From Phycisphaerae bacterium (GTDB lineage Bacteria > Planctomycetota > Phycisphaerae > UBA1845), in contig CAXXGO010000001.1 of the NCBI GenBank assembly GCA_963666835.2, forward strand, positions 768,001 through 832,000: 64,000 bases of DNA. The letters are read 5' to 3'. The notes beneath the pieces were generated by a model. The model searched no databases and was not told the origin of the DNA. It worked only from the letters and a program-made list of their open reading frames with translations. Below, piece by piece: positions 1 to 9,130 of this stretch (the first letter of the stretch is position 1; each line of letters opens with the position of its first letter). The translations under genes and the position numbers were made by a program.

Positions 1-317
1 CACTCTCCATCGTTCGAGAAGCCACTATGTACGTTCGGCAGAGTCGGACCGTAGCCGACCGCGCCAGACCCGTCAAGTAGTCGGGGTAGTTCCGGTTCGG
101 CGTCTTGGAGCGGGTTGTCCGGGTCCACGGTTTTGGTTCGGGGGAGCTTCCCGATTATGGGCTGTCGTTGCGGGTGGTTTGTTTGTGTGAAGCGGGTTGC
201 TTTGGCACGCACCATGCAGGCTGAAAGTGGGGAATACAACGCGGCGGCGCGTCACCGCTTGACGAGAATGTTCCACGGACTAACGCCGTAATCGGCGCAT
301 GTTGCGAGGTAGTTTCC

Positions 318-1604
318 ATGAGCACCAAGCCGTTCAATGCATTCGCGATGGCTCAAGCCCAGTTCGATAAGATCGCTGAGACCCTCGGGCTGGACCAAGG
401 TACTATTGACCTGCTACGACATCCGATGCGTGAGTACCACTTCAGCCTGCCCGTGCGGATGGACGACGGGTCCACCAAGGTCTTTCGCGGGTTTCGCGTG
501 CAGCACAACGACGCCCGGGGTCCGGCAAAGGGGGGCATTCGGTTCCACCCCCAGGAGACTGCCGATACGGTGCGTGCCCTATCGATGTGGATGACCTGGA
601 AATGCGCGGTCGCGGACCTGCCTCTGGGTGGTGGCAAGGGCGGGGTGATCTGCGAGCCGCACAACCTGAGCATGAACGAGCAACAGAGTATTTGCAGAGC
701 CTTTGTGCGGCAGATTTCTCGGGATTTGGGGCCCTTGCGCGATGTCCCGGCTCCTGACGTCATGACCTCCGGGCAGCACATGCTCTGGATGCTCGACGAG
801 TACGAGCAGATTCACGGCGGGCACTTCCCCGGCGTCATTACCGGAAAACCCGTCGGCATGGGGGGGTCCCTCGGGCGGACCGAGGCCACCGGCTACGGCG
901 TCGTGTTTACGGTCCGGGAGGCTTTGAAGGAGCTCAATGTTCGGCCGCAAGACACGACTGCGGCCGTGCAGGGATTCGGTAATGTCGCGCAATACGCGAT
1001 CGAACTATTCAACCAGATCGGGGGTACGGTTGTGGCCGTTTCCTGCTGGGACCAGGGGGACCAGAAACCCTATACGTTCCGGAAGAAAGGCGGTGTGGAT
1101 CTCGCCGAACTGCGCAAGATCACCGATCGTTTTGGAGGTATCGATAAGCAGAAAGCCGCGGAACTCGGCTATGAACAGTTGCCGGGTGAGGCGTGGATAG
1201 AACAGGATGTCGATATTCTGTTTCCCTGTGCGCTGGAGAACTCGATCACGGTGGACAACGTATCGAACATCTCCAAGCGCGTGAAATTGATCGCCGAGGG
1301 GGCCAACGGCCCGACAACGCCGGAAGCGGACCACATTCTTCACGAACGCGGCATCTTTGTCATCCCGGACTTCTTGGCAAATGCCGGTGGTGTCACATGC
1401 AGCTACCTGGAGCAGGTTCAGAGCAACATGAACTACTTCTGGGATAAGGACGAGGTGCTCGGCAAGCTCGATGTGATGATGACCTCGGCGTTTATCGGCG
1501 TAAGTAGCATGGCCCGCAAGCGCAAGCTGTACATGCGTGACGCGGCCTATACCATTGCTATCGCGCGTGTGGCGCAAGCATGCAAGGACCGAGGTTGGGT
1601 ATAG
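318..1604 (+). CDS. gdhA: Glutamate dehydrogenase (Glu/Leu/Phe/Val dehydrogenase family)
   Basis: Motifs RVQHNDARGPAKGGIRFHP, MTWKCA, LPLGGGKGG, DVPAPD, GGSLGRTEATG, VQGFGNV, EGANGPTT, PDFLANAGGV. Confidence 0.93.
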   Translation: MSTKPFNAFAMAQAQFDKIAETLGLDQGTIDLLRHPMREYHFSLPVRMDDGSTKVFRGFRVQHNDARGPAKGGIRFHPQETADTVRALSMWMTWKCAVADLPLGGGKGGVICEPHNLSMNEQQSICRAFVRQISRDLGPLRDVPAPDVMTSGQHMLWMLDEYEQIHGGHFPGVITGKPVGMGGSLGRTEATGYGVVFTVREALKELNVRPQDTTAAVQGFGNVAQYAIELFNQIGGTVVAVSCWDQGDQKPYTFRKKGGVDLAELRKITDRFGGIDKQKAAELGYEQLPGEAWIEQDVDILFPCALENSITVDNVSNISKRVKLIAEGANGPTTPEADHILHERGIFVIPDFLANAGGVTCSYLEQVQSNMNYFWDKDEVLGKLDVMMTSAFIGVSSMARKRKLYMRDAAYTIAIARVAQACKDRGWV

Positions 1605-1636
1605 TCGCACAAGTACATTAGTTGGTGGACAGCTCG

Positions 1637-3382
1637 ATGAGCCGGACGCCGAATTCAGGCATGTACCCGCGCTTCGACCGCAGATTCTTCGGGGCGGACG
1701 AAGATTTCACCGTCATCGGCGGTGGTGGACTCGGGGGGAAGGCCCTGGGGCTTGCTTCGGCCAAACGTATCGTTGAAGAAGCGTGCCCGGCGGGCAGCTT
1801 CCCCGAAGTGCAGATTGGCATCCCTCGCCTGGCTGTATTGGGGACGGAAGTCTTCGAGCAGTTCATGGCGCAGAACGACCTGTACAAGGTCGCCTTGGCG
1901 GACTTGCCGGATGAACGGATTGTCCACGAGTTCATCAAAGCGGAGCTTCCACCGGTTTTCGTTGGCGATCTGCGGGCCTTGATCGCGCAGATTCACCGAC
2001 CGTTGGCCGTGCGCTCATCCAGCTTGTTGGAAGACGCCCTGCAGCATCCTTTCGCAGGTGTGTACGCCACCAAGATGATCCCGAACAACCAGGCCGCAGT
2101 TGGTGACCGATTCAAGAGGCTCGTTGAGGCCGTCAAGTTTGTCTGGGCTTCGACGTTCTTCCGTGACGCCCAAAGCTATATGCGCACGATCGATCATCCA
2201 ATCGAAGAAGAGCGGATGGCGGTGATTATTCAGGAAGTTGTGGGCGAGCGCTTCGGGGACCGATTTTATCCCATTGTCTCTGGGGTTATTCGCACGCACA
2301 ACTACTATCCAATCGCTCCCGCCCGGCCGGAGGACGGCGTGGTGAACCTCGCGCTGGGGTTGGGCAAGACAATCGTCGATGGTGGAGTGACCTGGACTTA
2401 CAGCCCGCGGTTTCCGAATCGTCGCCCTCCGTTTGGATCAACCGGCGAGCTGCTCAAGAACACGCAGACACAGTTCTGGGCGGTCAGTATGGAACAGGCC
2501 CCGTACGATCCGATCAACGAGGCCGAGCATCTTACACAATCGGGGCTCGATGCGGCGGAGTGGGACGACGTCTTGCGTTTCACGGCGTCGACCTACGACG
2601 CCGCTTCAGACCGGGTGACCCTTGGTACCGCGACGACGGGCCCGCGCATTCTCACGTTCGGGCGCATACTTGAACTGGGTGATGTCCCGCTCAACGATGT
2701 GGTGAAGCGACTGTCCAGCTACTGCAAGGACTCGTTGCAGGCCGACGTGGAGATTGAGTTCGCCTTGACATTGGATCGTCAAGACGGTCTACCGGCCCGG
2801 TTCGGGTTCTTGCAGGTGCGTCCAATGATGGTGGCGCAAGAGTCGGTGTACGTGGATGAAGCTGAGTTGAGAAGCGATCGCGCGCTGGTCGCCAGCGAAA
2901 TGGTGTTGGGCAATGGGCAGAGCCGTACGATTACGGATGTGGTGTATGTGAAGCCCGGGGTGTTCGAGGCGAAACACACTCCGGTTATTGCCGCAGAAGT
3001 GGACGTGTTGAATAGAGGACTCGTTTCTGAGCAGCGGCCGTACTTGCTCATCGGGTTCGGACGTTGGGGCAGCAGCGATCCGTGGCTGGGGATTCCCGCC
3101 ACGTGGCCGCAGATTTCCGGCGCGCGGGTAATCGTCGAGGCCACGCTGCCGGAGATGAACGTGGACGCCAGCCAAGGGTCGCACTTCTTCCACAACATGA
3201 TTAGCTTCCACGTGCAGTATTTTACGGTGCGGCACTCCGGGTCGTACGCGGTTGCCTGGGATTGGCTTGACCGCCGGCCGGCTTTGGGCGAGACTCGGTT
3301 CCTGCGGCACGTGCGGCTTGATGTGCCACTCGAAATCCGCGTGGACGGCCGCAATGGACGCGGTGTCATTCTCCACAACTGA
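1637..3382 (+). CDS. PEP-synthase/PPDK-like ATP-grasp protein with C-terminal His-containing domain and no pyruvate-binding barrel
   Basis: LGGKA, AVRSSSLLED..PFAG, MAVIIQE, LGLGKTIVDG, EIEFA..LQVRP; C-terminal GRWGSSDPWLGIP...SQGSHFFHN. Start taken at ATG 1637 (ORF is open from TTG 1622). Confidence 0.8.
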   Translation: MSRTPNSGMYPRFDRRFFGADEDFTVIGGGGLGGKALGLASAKRIVEEACPAGSFPEVQIGIPRLAVLGTEVFEQFMAQNDLYKVALADLPDERIVHEFIKAELPPVFVGDLRALIAQIHRPLAVRSSSLLEDALQHPFAGVYATKMIPNNQAAVGDRFKRLVEAVKFVWASTFFRDAQSYMRTIDHPIEEERMAVIIQEVVGERFGDRFYPIVSGVIRTHNYYPIAPARPEDGVVNLALGLGKTIVDGGVTWTYSPRFPNRRPPFGSTGELLKNTQTQFWAVSMEQAPYDPINEAEHLTQSGLDAAEWDDVLRFTASTYDAASDRVTLGTATTGPRILTFGRILELGDVPLNDVVKRLSSYCKDSLQADVEIEFALTLDRQDGLPARFGFLQVRPMMVAQESVYVDEAELRSDRALVASEMVLGNGQSRTITDVVYVKPGVFEAKHTPVIAAEVDVLNRGLVSEQRPYLLIGFGRWGSSDPWLGIPATWPQISGARVIVEATLPEMNVDASQGSHFFHNMISFHVQYFTVRHSGSYAVAWDWLDRRPALGETRFLRHVRLDVPLEIRVDGRNGRGVILHN

Positions 3383-3407
3383 GTCTTGCTGCTCACGGGG
3401 ACTCCCT

Positions 3408-6400
3408 ATGACCGATCAAGATGGCCGGGTAGCTGATATTCTCCGATCACTGCAGGAGCGGGCTAAGGAACTTAACTGCCTCTATCGAGTGGAGGAAATC
3501 ACCGACACCGATCTACTGACGTTAGAGGAGGTGTTTGAAGGCGTTATCGACGCCATTCCTCCGGGCTGGCAGTATCCGGAAGTCTGTGTCGCCCGTATTT
3601 GCTACGACGGCAAGGTGTACGCCACCAGGGGTTATCGCGAGACGGAATGGTCTCAGGAAGCACCTATTCGTGTGTACGGGGAGGTGGTCGGCACCTTGGA
3701 TGTCGCTTATCTTCAGCAAATGCCCCCGGCCGACGAAGGCCCCTTCTTCAAGGAGGAACGTAAGCTCCTCGAGACGATCGCCGAACGCATTGGCAGTTGT
3801 GTGACACATCGCCGTCTCTTGGAAACCATGCAAGGCATGCGCGATTCCGAGAATGCCTCCCGGCGCAGGGGCCGGGAATGGGCGGCGATTCTCGATCTTC
3901 TGCACCATACGGATCAGGGCTTGCTGATGCGCGTGGCCCGCAAGATGATCAACCACCTGTGCTGGAGCGGAGTGAAGGACGCGGGTGAGATTCTGCAGGA
4001 GTTTCGCCCCCATGTTGAACCGCACGAGCCGGAGGTGTTTTTCGAGTCGAACCGGCCGCGCGATCGGGCGGCCGCCCCGTCGGCCACAGCGCTGGCGGAC
4101 CGAGTCTTCGAGCTGGCGGCGGCGCATCTCAGCGACGATGAGATAATCTCGTGCATCCATAACTGGATCAAGCAAGATCGAGCCAGCTTCCTCGTGAACA
4201 CGCTCGAGAACCACCACACGACGATTACCGAGGTCAGCGACGCCATCCAGCGTTACCGGCACGCCGGTCACGGCGAGGTCGAACTCTCGCCGTCGACGCG
4301 CAAAGGCCTTTTGGTGTCGCTCGTGCGGCGGTTTCTTTCCGATCAGCTCGAGTACATCAACGTTGCCAAGAACTATGTGGAAATCAAGGATTTTCACGAG
4401 TTGATCGGGCGGCTCATCTACCCGGCCCGGGAGCACGGAAAAACCGGCGGCAAGGGGGCCGGGCTCTTTCTCGCCTACCAGATCGTCCGGCGGCACCGCG
4501 AGGAGGACAAGCTCCTTGCGGATATCAAGACACCGAAGACCTGGTATCTGACGTCCGATGGGATGCACGATTTCGTGTACTGCAACCACCTTGAAGATGT
4601 ATTTTCCCAGAAGTACAAAGAGATCGATGAGATCCGCCAGGAATACGACGATGTCGTGCAGGTTTTCAAGAACTCGCAGTTCTCGGCGACCATTGTCAAG
4701 GGCCTGTCGCTGGCGTTGGATGACCTGGGCAACAAGCCGCTGATCGTCCGTAGCTCCAGCTTGCTGGAAGACCGCTTCGGGGCGTTGTTCTCGGGGAAGT
4801 ACAAGAGTCTGTTTCTGGCGAACCGGGGGACTAAGCAGGAACGCCTTGATTCCCTGATGGATGCCATTGCCGAAGTATACGCATCGACGTTCGGCCCGGA
4901 TCCGATTCAATACCGGGCCGAGCGAAACCTGCTTGACTTCCAGGAAGGAATGGGCGTGCTCATTCAGGAGGTCATCGGAACACAGATTGGAGATTACTTT
5001 CTTCCGGCGTATGCGGGTGTTGCCTTTAGCCACAACGAATTCCGCTGGTCACCGCGCATCCGACAGGAAGACGGGCTGGTGCGTCTCGTTCCCGGTTTGG
5101 GCACGCGCGCCGTGGACCGGGTCGGCGATGATTTTCCGATCCTCGTTTCGCCCGGTCAGCCCGGTTTACGGGCAAACTCGACGCCCGAAGAGGTCGTCCG
5201 GTATTCACCTCGCTACCTGGACGTCATCAACCTGGTTACCAACAAGTTCGAAACGGTTGACGTCGCTCAGTTTCTGCGCAACGTCGGCGACGAGTTTCCG
5301 GCCGTGGAGCAGTTGGTTTCGGTATTCTCCGACGGGAATCTGCGACAGCCTATGCCCGGCAGCGTCGATTTCGAGCAGGATGACCTGGTAGTCACATTTG
5401 AAGGGCTTCTGAGTCGAACACCGTTTGTCAAACAGATCGATGCCCTGCTGAGACTCCTCGAACGCGAGTGCGGTTACCCGGCGGATATAGAGTTTGCGTC
5501 AGACGGGAAAGACCTGTACTTGCTGCAGTGCCGCGCGCAGGCACCTGCGAAACATGCGAAGCCGGCGCCCATCCCGCAAGATGTCCCGCAATCCAGGATG
5601 ATCTTCTCGGCAAATCGCCATATCTCTAACGGAACCGTGCCGAACATCACGCACATAGTGTATGTCGATCCCGAGCAGTATGGCCGGCTCGGAAGCCGCG
5701 AGGAGCTGCTTGCTGTTGGACGGGCGGTCGGGAAGCTCAACAAGCTGCTCCCCAAGCGGCAGTTCATCCTGATGGGCCCCGGACGCTGGGGCAGTCGCGG
5801 TGATATTAAGCTCGGCGTGCCCGTGACATACTCGGACATCAACAACACGGCGATGTTGATCGAGATCGCCCGCAAGACCGGTGACTACACGCCCGATGTT
5901 TCATTCGGCACGCATTTCTTCCAGGATCTTGTCGAGGCCGATATCAGGTATCTTCCGCTCTATCCGGATGATGCCGACGTCGCCTTCAACGAGCCGTTTC
6001 TGACTCGCTCGTCGAACCTGTTGGCGGAGCTTGCCCCCAAGTTCGAGTCCCTCCGTGAAACGGTGCGGGTGATTGACGTTCCCCGAGCGGCGGATGACCA
6101 AGTGCTTCATGTGTTGATGAACGCCGAACTCGAGCAGGCGGTGGGCGTGCTCTCCGATCCGGCCGAGCGTTTGGACTACGACGATGACTCCGCGGAGGCA
6201 CCCGCGGCTCCGGACGAGCAGGATTGGCGCTGGCGCGCCCGCATGGCTGAAAGCGTTGCGGCGCACCTCGATCCCGCGCGGTTTGGCGTAGAGGCTTTGT
6301 ACGTGTTTGGCAGCACGAAGAACGCAACAGCCGGACCCGCCAGTGACATCGATCTGCTCGTACACTTCGTCGGAGATGAAGAACAGCGGCGCGATTTGGA

Positions 6401-6602
6401 TCGGTGGTTTGAAGGATGGAGCCTCTCACTTAGCGAAATCAACTATCTTAGAACGGGCTATCGTAACAGTGGTCTACTCGATGTGCATATTGTTACCGAT
6501 GAGGATCTCGCAAAACGTACGAGCTATGCAGTCAAGATCGGGGCGGTGACCGACGCCGCCCGCGAGCTGCCGCTCGGAACGGCGTGTTCTGCCGTGGGCT
6601 AA
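3408..6602 (+). CDS. PEP-synthase-like ATP-grasp protein with N-terminal GAF-like sensor segment and C-terminal nucleotidyltransferase (Pol-beta/MNT-like) domain
   Basis: N-terminal LQERAKELNCLY...PPGWQYPE...GPFFKEERKLL; TGGKG, IVRSSSLLED..FSGKY, GLGTRAVD, DIEFA..LLQCR; SFGTHFFQD; C-terminal LYVFGS...GPASDIDLLV...LDVH. Start at ATG 3408, after the stop of the upstream gene. Confidence 0.8.
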   Translation: MTDQDGRVADILRSLQERAKELNCLYRVEEITDTDLLTLEEVFEGVIDAIPPGWQYPEVCVARICYDGKVYATRGYRETEWSQEAPIRVYGEVVGTLDVAYLQQMPPADEGPFFKEERKLLETIAERIGSCVTHRRLLETMQGMRDSENASRRRGREWAAILDLLHHTDQGLLMRVARKMINHLCWSGVKDAGEILQEFRPHVEPHEPEVFFESNRPRDRAAAPSATALADRVFELAAAHLSDDEIISCIHNWIKQDRASFLVNTLENHHTTITEVSDAIQRYRHAGHGEVELSPSTRKGLLVSLVRRFLSDQLEYINVAKNYVEIKDFHELIGRLIYPAREHGKTGGKGAGLFLAYQIVRRHREEDKLLADIKTPKTWYLTSDGMHDFVYCNHLEDVFSQKYKEIDEIRQEYDDVVQVFKNSQFSATIVKGLSLALDDLGNKPLIVRSSSLLEDRFGALFSGKYKSLFLANRGTKQERLDSLMDAIAEVYASTFGPDPIQYRAERNLLDFQEGMGVLIQEVIGTQIGDYFLPAYAGVAFSHNEFRWSPRIRQEDGLVRLVPGLGTRAVDRVGDDFPILVSPGQPGLRANSTPEEVVRYSPRYLDVINLVTNKFETVDVAQFLRNVGDEFPAVEQLVSVFSDGNLRQPMPGSVDFEQDDLVVTFEGLLSRTPFVKQIDALLRLLERECGYPADIEFASDGKDLYLLQCRAQAPAKHAKPAPIPQDVPQSRMIFSANRHISNGTVPNITHIVYVDPEQYGRLGSREELLAVGRAVGKLNKLLPKRQFILMGPGRWGSRGDIKLGVPVTYSDINNTAMLIEIARKTGDYTPDVSFGTHFFQDLVEADIRYLPLYPDDADVAFNEPFLTRSSNLLAELAPKFESLRETVRVIDVPRAADDQVLHVLMNAELEQAVGVLSDPAERLDYDDDSAEAPAAPDEQDWRWRARMAESVAAHLDPARFGVEALYVFGSTKNATAGPASDIDLLVHFVGDEEQRRDLDRWFEGWSLSLSEINYLRTGYRNSGLLDVHIVTDEDLAKRTSYAVKIGAVTDAARELPLGTACSAVG

Positions 6603-7462
6603 ACAAGCGTCCGCGTTGCCGTAGTGGGGTCCGCCGGGTCGAAGCGAATCAGAGCCAGTTCCGGACCGTCGTGAGCGGCGGAGAAGCAATGCGTTTGCCC
6701 GATACGTTGTGACCATGCCCCCGTAATCTGCGCCGATTCATGGATGTGTCCGTGCAACGTGACCAGCGGCTGCCTCCGTTCCACGAACCGTTTGACGGCA
6801 ACGCTTCCGACATGCACATCGAGCGGCGCGTGGTCTATCATCTTCCCGTCCAGCGCCGCGCGATCCAGGTCCGTCTGGTACGGGGGGGAGTGGAACAGGA
6901 AGATGGCTTCGTCGACGGCTCGGTCACCAACCAAGCCGGTCAGGTCATCGGCGATGGTTGCGTACCTGACTTGGTTATCGGGCACCGGAATCGAGCGATG
7001 TCCGTCCTCCGGCGATACACACCCGGGATCCACGTACCGCGAAACGTCGTATCGTTCCCAGTCCTTCAGCAAGAAGGGCGTCGGCGGTACATAGGCGTAC
7101 CCGTACACGTCGCGGCCCGAGAATGAGACTCGGCGGTCATGGATGTACTCCCAGATGCCGGTAGTCGCCGCCGCGATTACCGCCGCCTCTTCCGATCGGC
7201 TGTCGTCATTACCGAGAATCACGAAAACGCGGGGATAAGCCTCGCCGAGATCCTCCCGAAGCCGCGTGAGCCGGCGGGCGAGGAAGCCGTTCACGAAATC
7301 CTCGTGGCCGAAATCCAGTGACTCGGCCGCCGAGAGCCCGGAGGGCAGCAAGTCTCCTCCTGCAAAGACTGCCTTCGGCCTCTCGATACTGATCAGCTCG
7401 AGCAGTTTCTCGTACCGGTCCACCCGGCCGTGCAAATCTGAGACGAAGAAACAGGTCGACAT
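6599..7462 (-). CDS. Calcineurin-like metallophosphoesterase (Icc-related)
   Basis: SDLHG, GGDL, GNDD (GNHD variant), FHSPP, LHGHIHE; stop overlaps the convergent upstream stop by 4 nt. Confidence 0.88.
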   Translation of the reverse strand: MSTCFFVSDLHGRVDRYEKLLELISIERPKAVFAGGDLLPSGLSAAESLDFGHEDFVNGFLARRLTRLREDLGEAYPRVFVILGNDDSRSEEAAVIAAATTGIWEYIHDRRVSFSGRDVYGYAYVPPTPFLLKDWERYDVSRYVDPGCVSPEDGHRSIPVPDNQVRYATIADDLTGLVGDRAVDEAIFLFHSPPYQTDLDRAALDGKMIDHAPLDVHVGSVAVKRFVERRQPLVTLHGHIHESAQITGAWSQRIGQTHCFSAAHDGPELALIRFDPADPTTATRTLV

Positions 7463-7692
7463 CAGACATCTCCCATCGGGCCTATCTTGGACCGGATGCC
7501 GGGCGGATTCAAGCGCTGTTCTGCGACCATCTCAGGCGGTCCTCGCGCGGTCTGGGTAAGGTCGACCGGGGCGTGGTGCCAGGTCGGTTGGGCAGGGTGA
7601 CCCGTCCTATTGCAGCTGGCCGGGTAGCCAGGTCCTTTTGTAACTGACGTATGTTCCGACTATTCGCGGATCGTTCAAGACCCAGCCCGGCC

Positions 7693-7827
7693 GGACGTGG
7701 GGGAGCCGATGATCGACCGGTGCCGGCAGGCAAGGTGGCCCACGTCCTTCTGCATTTGGAGCATTTGCCGCTCCCTCGCGGGTCGTTCAACATCCCGCCC
7801 GGCTGGACGTGGGGAAGCCGATGATCG
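7693..7827. repeat. 23-bp direct repeat pair with an internal inverted copy (REP-like family A)
   Basis: GGACGTGGGG(G/A)AGCCGATGATCG at 7693-7715 and 7805-7827; inverted CCCACGTCC at 7739-7747; CGGCAGGCnnGGTGGCCCACGTC recurs at 39434-39456. Confidence 0.65.
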
Positions 7828-7923
7828 GTGGTTGACAATCGCGGCAGGTTCCGCGTCTCGGCCGTCGGCGCCGTCCCGCGCATCTGCCACCTGCGTGTCA
7901 TCGGGTGATTCAGCCTACGTGTT

Positions 7924-8023
7924 CAGGCTGAAAGCCTGCAATATAGTAGCCGGGCGCAAGGCCGCGCAGCGGCCGCCGCCCCCGGGTGAGGTCCCAATAA
8001 CCCCAATCACCCTGACAGGGTGA
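7924..8023 (+). repeat. Tripartite hairpin REP-like element related to those flanking the HUH transposase at 33.5 kb
   Basis: Hairpins CAGGCTGAAAGCCTG, GGCCGCGCAGCGGCC and TCACCCTGACAGGGTGA; the last contains the reverse complement of ACCCTGTCAGGGT seen at ~32910. Confidence 0.65.
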
Positions 8024-8126
8024 GAGAGACGGTGTCGATGCGTCGAATGATGGTTAGAACAACGAGGGCGTGAGCCGCGGGATCGGATGACCGCACTCAA
8101 CTTCCCCTGTGAGGGCGGCGATGCAC

Positions 8127-8945
8127 TCATGTAAGGTAAGGCCAGAGGGTCTGGACCGTGCCCTGGGCAACGACTGAGCCCAACCAAGTGAACGGGAAGA
8201 CGAGTGGGATCAAAAGACCCGCCAACCATCGGGGGCGATTGCGGATGAGCAACACCGTTGCCAGAACCGCCCACCACCAATAGAAGATGATCGTGACACC
8301 CCAATCCGGCCGGATAAGGCTGCTCGGATTCAACGGCCAGACGAAGGTCGTATCGGACAGCGAGGAGACTAAGGGGGGGGCCTCAACGAACGTCCAACCT
8401 GCAACGAAGCAGGTCGAGTAGAAGGATACGATGAGCCACAGGCGGAATCGGGCGTACCAGCGCGGCGAATCGGCAGACTGTCTGAAGCACAAGGTGGCGA
8501 AGACCAGCGACTGCGCCAGTATTACCGCGGATACCGGCAGCACTGCAGTCGCAGCTTCTATAAGCAGATTCCCCCATGCATCTAGGTACCACTGAGCCAC
8601 GCTCAGACAACACAACACCGCCACGATCAGACTCGGCCAGATCGCTTCGTCGGTGCGCACCTGCCGGGCGAAGCGCCACGGAGTGAATAGCATCACCATA
8701 ACGGTCATGAGCGTCTGATCGACCTTCCGCCGACCGCGGGCTCTATGAGCGGGCGTGCCCACTCGCCGACCTTCCACGCCGCTTCGCGCCAATTCCCAGT
8801 CGATCTGACATCCGCACTCGGGGCAGACGTCCGCAGTGAGCCCCGTCAGGTTGTATCCGCACTCCACGCACCGATCGCCCGTGTCTTCCACCGGCGGGCA
8901 TGCAGAGCCCGACGTGGCCGCCGACGTATGTGGTTCTTGTGGCAT
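8127..8945 (-). CDS. Membrane protein with N-terminal zinc ribbon
   Basis: CVECGYNLTGLTADVCPECG followed by about 6 hydrophobic segments. Confidence 0.75.
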   Translation of the reverse strand: MPQEPHTSAATSGSACPPVEDTGDRCVECGYNLTGLTADVCPECGCQIDWELARSGVEGRRVGTPAHRARGRRKVDQTLMTVMVMLFTPWRFARQVRTDEAIWPSLIVAVLCCLSVAQWYLDAWGNLLIEAATAVLPVSAVILAQSLVFATLCFRQSADSPRWYARFRLWLIVSFYSTCFVAGWTFVEAPPLVSSLSDTTFVWPLNPSSLIRPDWGVTIIFYWWWAVLATVLLIRNRPRWLAGLLIPLVFPFTWLGSVVAQGTVQTLWPYLT

Positions 8946-9130
8946 CTATGGTGTTCTCTTCCTGACCGGTGCCGACCCTGACATACCGGCGAAGCTCGTC
9001 CTTCCTCCGAACCGTCGGAGCGATCATACCAAGTTCGGTCATCAGACAGTACCGCCGTCTTCTTCTGACTTTCTGTCGGATCAGACTCGTTCGCCTCGGG
9101 GCGAGATAGGCGGGGGAGCGGTGGTGGGAT

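Noticed and set aside
3522..5033. Long antisense ORFs (also 27600..28832, 29394..30554, 36838..37821, 48305..49228)
   Set aside because: Shadows of well-supported genes in GC-rich DNA with no recognisable motifs.
1637..6602. Canonical PEP synthase (ppsA) or PPDK
   Set aside because: No PEP/pyruvate-binding barrel and no canonical TSHAAI motif, so no gene symbol was assigned.
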